Position numbers and translations under genes: made by a program
Part shown: one piece after another, positions 62,412 through 64,000 of the stretch
Layout: each line of letters opens with the position of its first letter
Position numbering within the stretch: position 1 is the first letter of the stretch
Notes under the pieces: generated by a model
Told to the model about the DNA's origin: nothing
The model's input: the letters and a program-made list of their open reading frames with translations, nothing else
The model's database searches: none
NCBI RefSeq assembly: GCF_018350175.1
Contig: NC_058377.1
Span: 102,920,001-102,984,000 of the forward strand
Source of the DNA: Felis catus
Taxonomy: Eukaryota
Length of the DNA: 64,000 bases
Reading direction: 5' to 3'

Positions 62412-63371
62412 TCAGAGAGCTTCACCTGTTCCTTTGCTACTGATGGCCTTTTTCAGGGCACCTTTGACATCCTTGTTCCTAAGGGTGTAAATCAGCGGGT
62501 TGAGTAGGGGGGTGATGAAGGTGTAGACTAGGGCAAACTGGCGGTCCTCATCCACCGACGAGCCCGATTGGGGACGCAAGTAGACCAAGGCACAGAAGCC
62601 ATACTGCAGCAGGACCACGGTGAGGTGCGACGAGCAGGTGGAGAAGGCCCGGCGGCGGCCCTCGGCGGAGCGGATGCGCAGGATGGCGGAGGCGATGAAC
62701 ACGTAGGACACACAGATAAGCAGGAAGGGGACGGTCAGCACCAGGATGCCCACCACGTAGAGCACGGCCTGGTGCACGCGGATGTCGGCGCAGGCCAGCC
62801 GCAGGACGGGAGGCACGTCGCACAGGAAGTGGTTGATTTCCCGGCGGTGCCCGCAGAAGGGCAAGGTGAAGATCAAGCAGGCGAGCTGCAGGGAGAGGAG
62901 GAGGGCCAGGCCCAGGGCGCACAGCACCATCCGGACGCACAGCTTCTGGGTCATGATGAGGGTGTAGCGCAGCGGGTGGCAGATGGCCACGTAGCGATCG
63001 TATGCCATGATTGCCAAGAGGAAGCAGTCAGCGCTGCCAAGGGCGACGAAAAAGAACATTTGGGCCCCACAGCCAGCCAGCGGAATGGGTTTCCGGGCGC
63101 CCCAAAGGTTGGCAAGCATCAGAGGCACCACAACAGAGGTGTAGCAGATTTCTACGAAAGACAGGTTGCACAGGAAGAAGTACATGGGGGTGTGCAGCGA
63201 GCTGTGTGTGCGCACCGCCCAGACGATGGCCGCGTTGCCACAAAGGATCATCAAGTAGAGCAGGAGGAAGAGGAGGAAGAGGAGGGCCTGCAATTCGGGG
63301 ACGGTGGTGAACGCGCGGAACACGAACTCGGTGGGGCCGGACTGGTTGAGGACGGGGCTCCTGGCAAACAT
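62412..63371 (-). CDS. Second OR10Q paralogue (OR10Q1-like, possibly the OR10Q2 orthologue), intact, 319 aa
   Basis: Collinear with 33133-34092 at a constant offset of 29279 nt. Identical except L72V, eight TM6-ECL3-TM7 residues and nine C-tail residues. Confidence 0.92.
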   Translation of the reverse strand: MFARSPVLNQSGPTEFVFRAFTTVPELQALLFLLFLLLYLMILCGNAAIVWAVRTHSSLHTPMYFFLCNLSFVEICYTSVVVPLMLANLWGARKPIPLAGCGAQMFFFVALGSADCFLLAIMAYDRYVAICHPLRYTLIMTQKLCVRMVLCALGLALLLSLQLACLIFTLPFCGHRREINHFLCDVPPVLRLACADIRVHQAVLYVVGILVLTVPFLLICVSYVFIASAILRIRSAEGRRRAFSTCSSHLTVVLLQYGFCALVYLRPQSGSSVDEDRQFALVYTFITPLLNPLIYTLRNKDVKGALKKAISSKGTGEAL

Positions 63372-63636
63372 GTCCCCTGCAAGAGAGCGACAGAAAGGGC
63401 CGGATCTTCCTTCGCTGAGTTGTCTTATTGTCCGAGTTAGAATAAAGGCACGTTTCGTGCAGAAAAAAATAACTCAATTCCTCAAATCATCTAGTTTGTT
63501 AAAAAAAAACCAAACGAAAGCGAAGTGTTGGGTGTTGTGTGATATAAATATCGTGAGAAGTAAAACAGTAAAACCCTGCTGTGTCTAAATAATTATTCCA
63601 AGTGTTGTTTTATAAAGAACAGAAGTTTCCAATATA

Positions 63637-63703
63637 TATTTTTTTAATATATGAAATTTATTGTCAAATTGGTTTCCATACAACACCCAGTGCTCTTCAA
63701 TGA
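63637..63703 (-). mobile_element. Minimal 5'-truncated young L1 (~67 bp)
   Basis: Its 3' ~55 nt are identical to the end of the 21681-21966 L1. TSD ccaatata at 63629-63636 and 63704-63711. Confidence 0.85.
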
Positions 63704-64000
63704 CCAATATAATTCTTAAGAAGTTTATTATGAAAAATAATTTTTAAGAGTACTCCAGAGCTAAAACCTCTCAACTGATATGAAAAATATGAAAAATGGA
63801 AAGGAGAAAGGAGAGAGAGGGAAAACTGTTAATTTTCTCACACTGTGTAAAGAGTGACTTATATATAGACTTTATATGATTAAAGTATAAACTTTATTGA
63901 GATGTGGGTGGTTAGAGAAAAGTTTATTCTTTATACATTCTTTAATATTTATTTATTTATTTATTTATTTATTCATAAAATGTTTTTTTTTTATTTTGAG

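Noticed and set aside
33133-63430. Recent segmental duplication as the explanation for the twin OR10Q genes
   Set aside because: Similarity stops 59 bp upstream of the ATG and before the stop codon, and the flanks are unrelated.
1-64000. tRNA genes, CRISPR arrays or prokaryotic systems
   Set aside because: tRNA-like A/B boxes are all SINE heads. There are no regularly spaced repeat-spacer arrays, and the window is mammalian.

Overview
Mammalian genomic DNA, almost certainly felid (cat): it is dense in CAN-SINEs of the SINEC_Fc type and carries young L1_Fc-type 3' ends. The window is part of an olfactory-receptor (OR) cluster whose gene order matches human 11q12.1. There are five intact single-exon OR coding regions: OR9Q2 (+), OR1S (-), OR10Q1 (-), OR10W1 (-) and a second OR10Q paralogue (-). 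There are also at least two OR fragments, about 30 SINEs, L1/L2/MIR remnants, several solo LTRs and an internally deleted two-LTR ERVL provirus. Main observations: (1) the two OR10Q genes, 29.3 kb apart, are 99.4% identical over 834 bp (including the splice acceptor) but differ at 23 of 90 nt across TM6-ECL3-TM7, a mosaic typical of gene conversion that spared part of the ligand pocket; (2) a 181-bp inverted copy of the OR1S coding sequence lies between the OR1S stop codon and its first canonical poly(A) signal, so the mRNA may fold back on its own CDS; (3) an OR10W-like relic lies next to OR10Q1 and is not captured by the ORF track; (4) there are unusual insertion architectures (an LTR bracketed by 64/68-bp repeats, inverted SINEs sharing one target site). 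All alignments were done by eye. Gene and repeat names rest on recalled sequences, and repeat boundaries are approximate.
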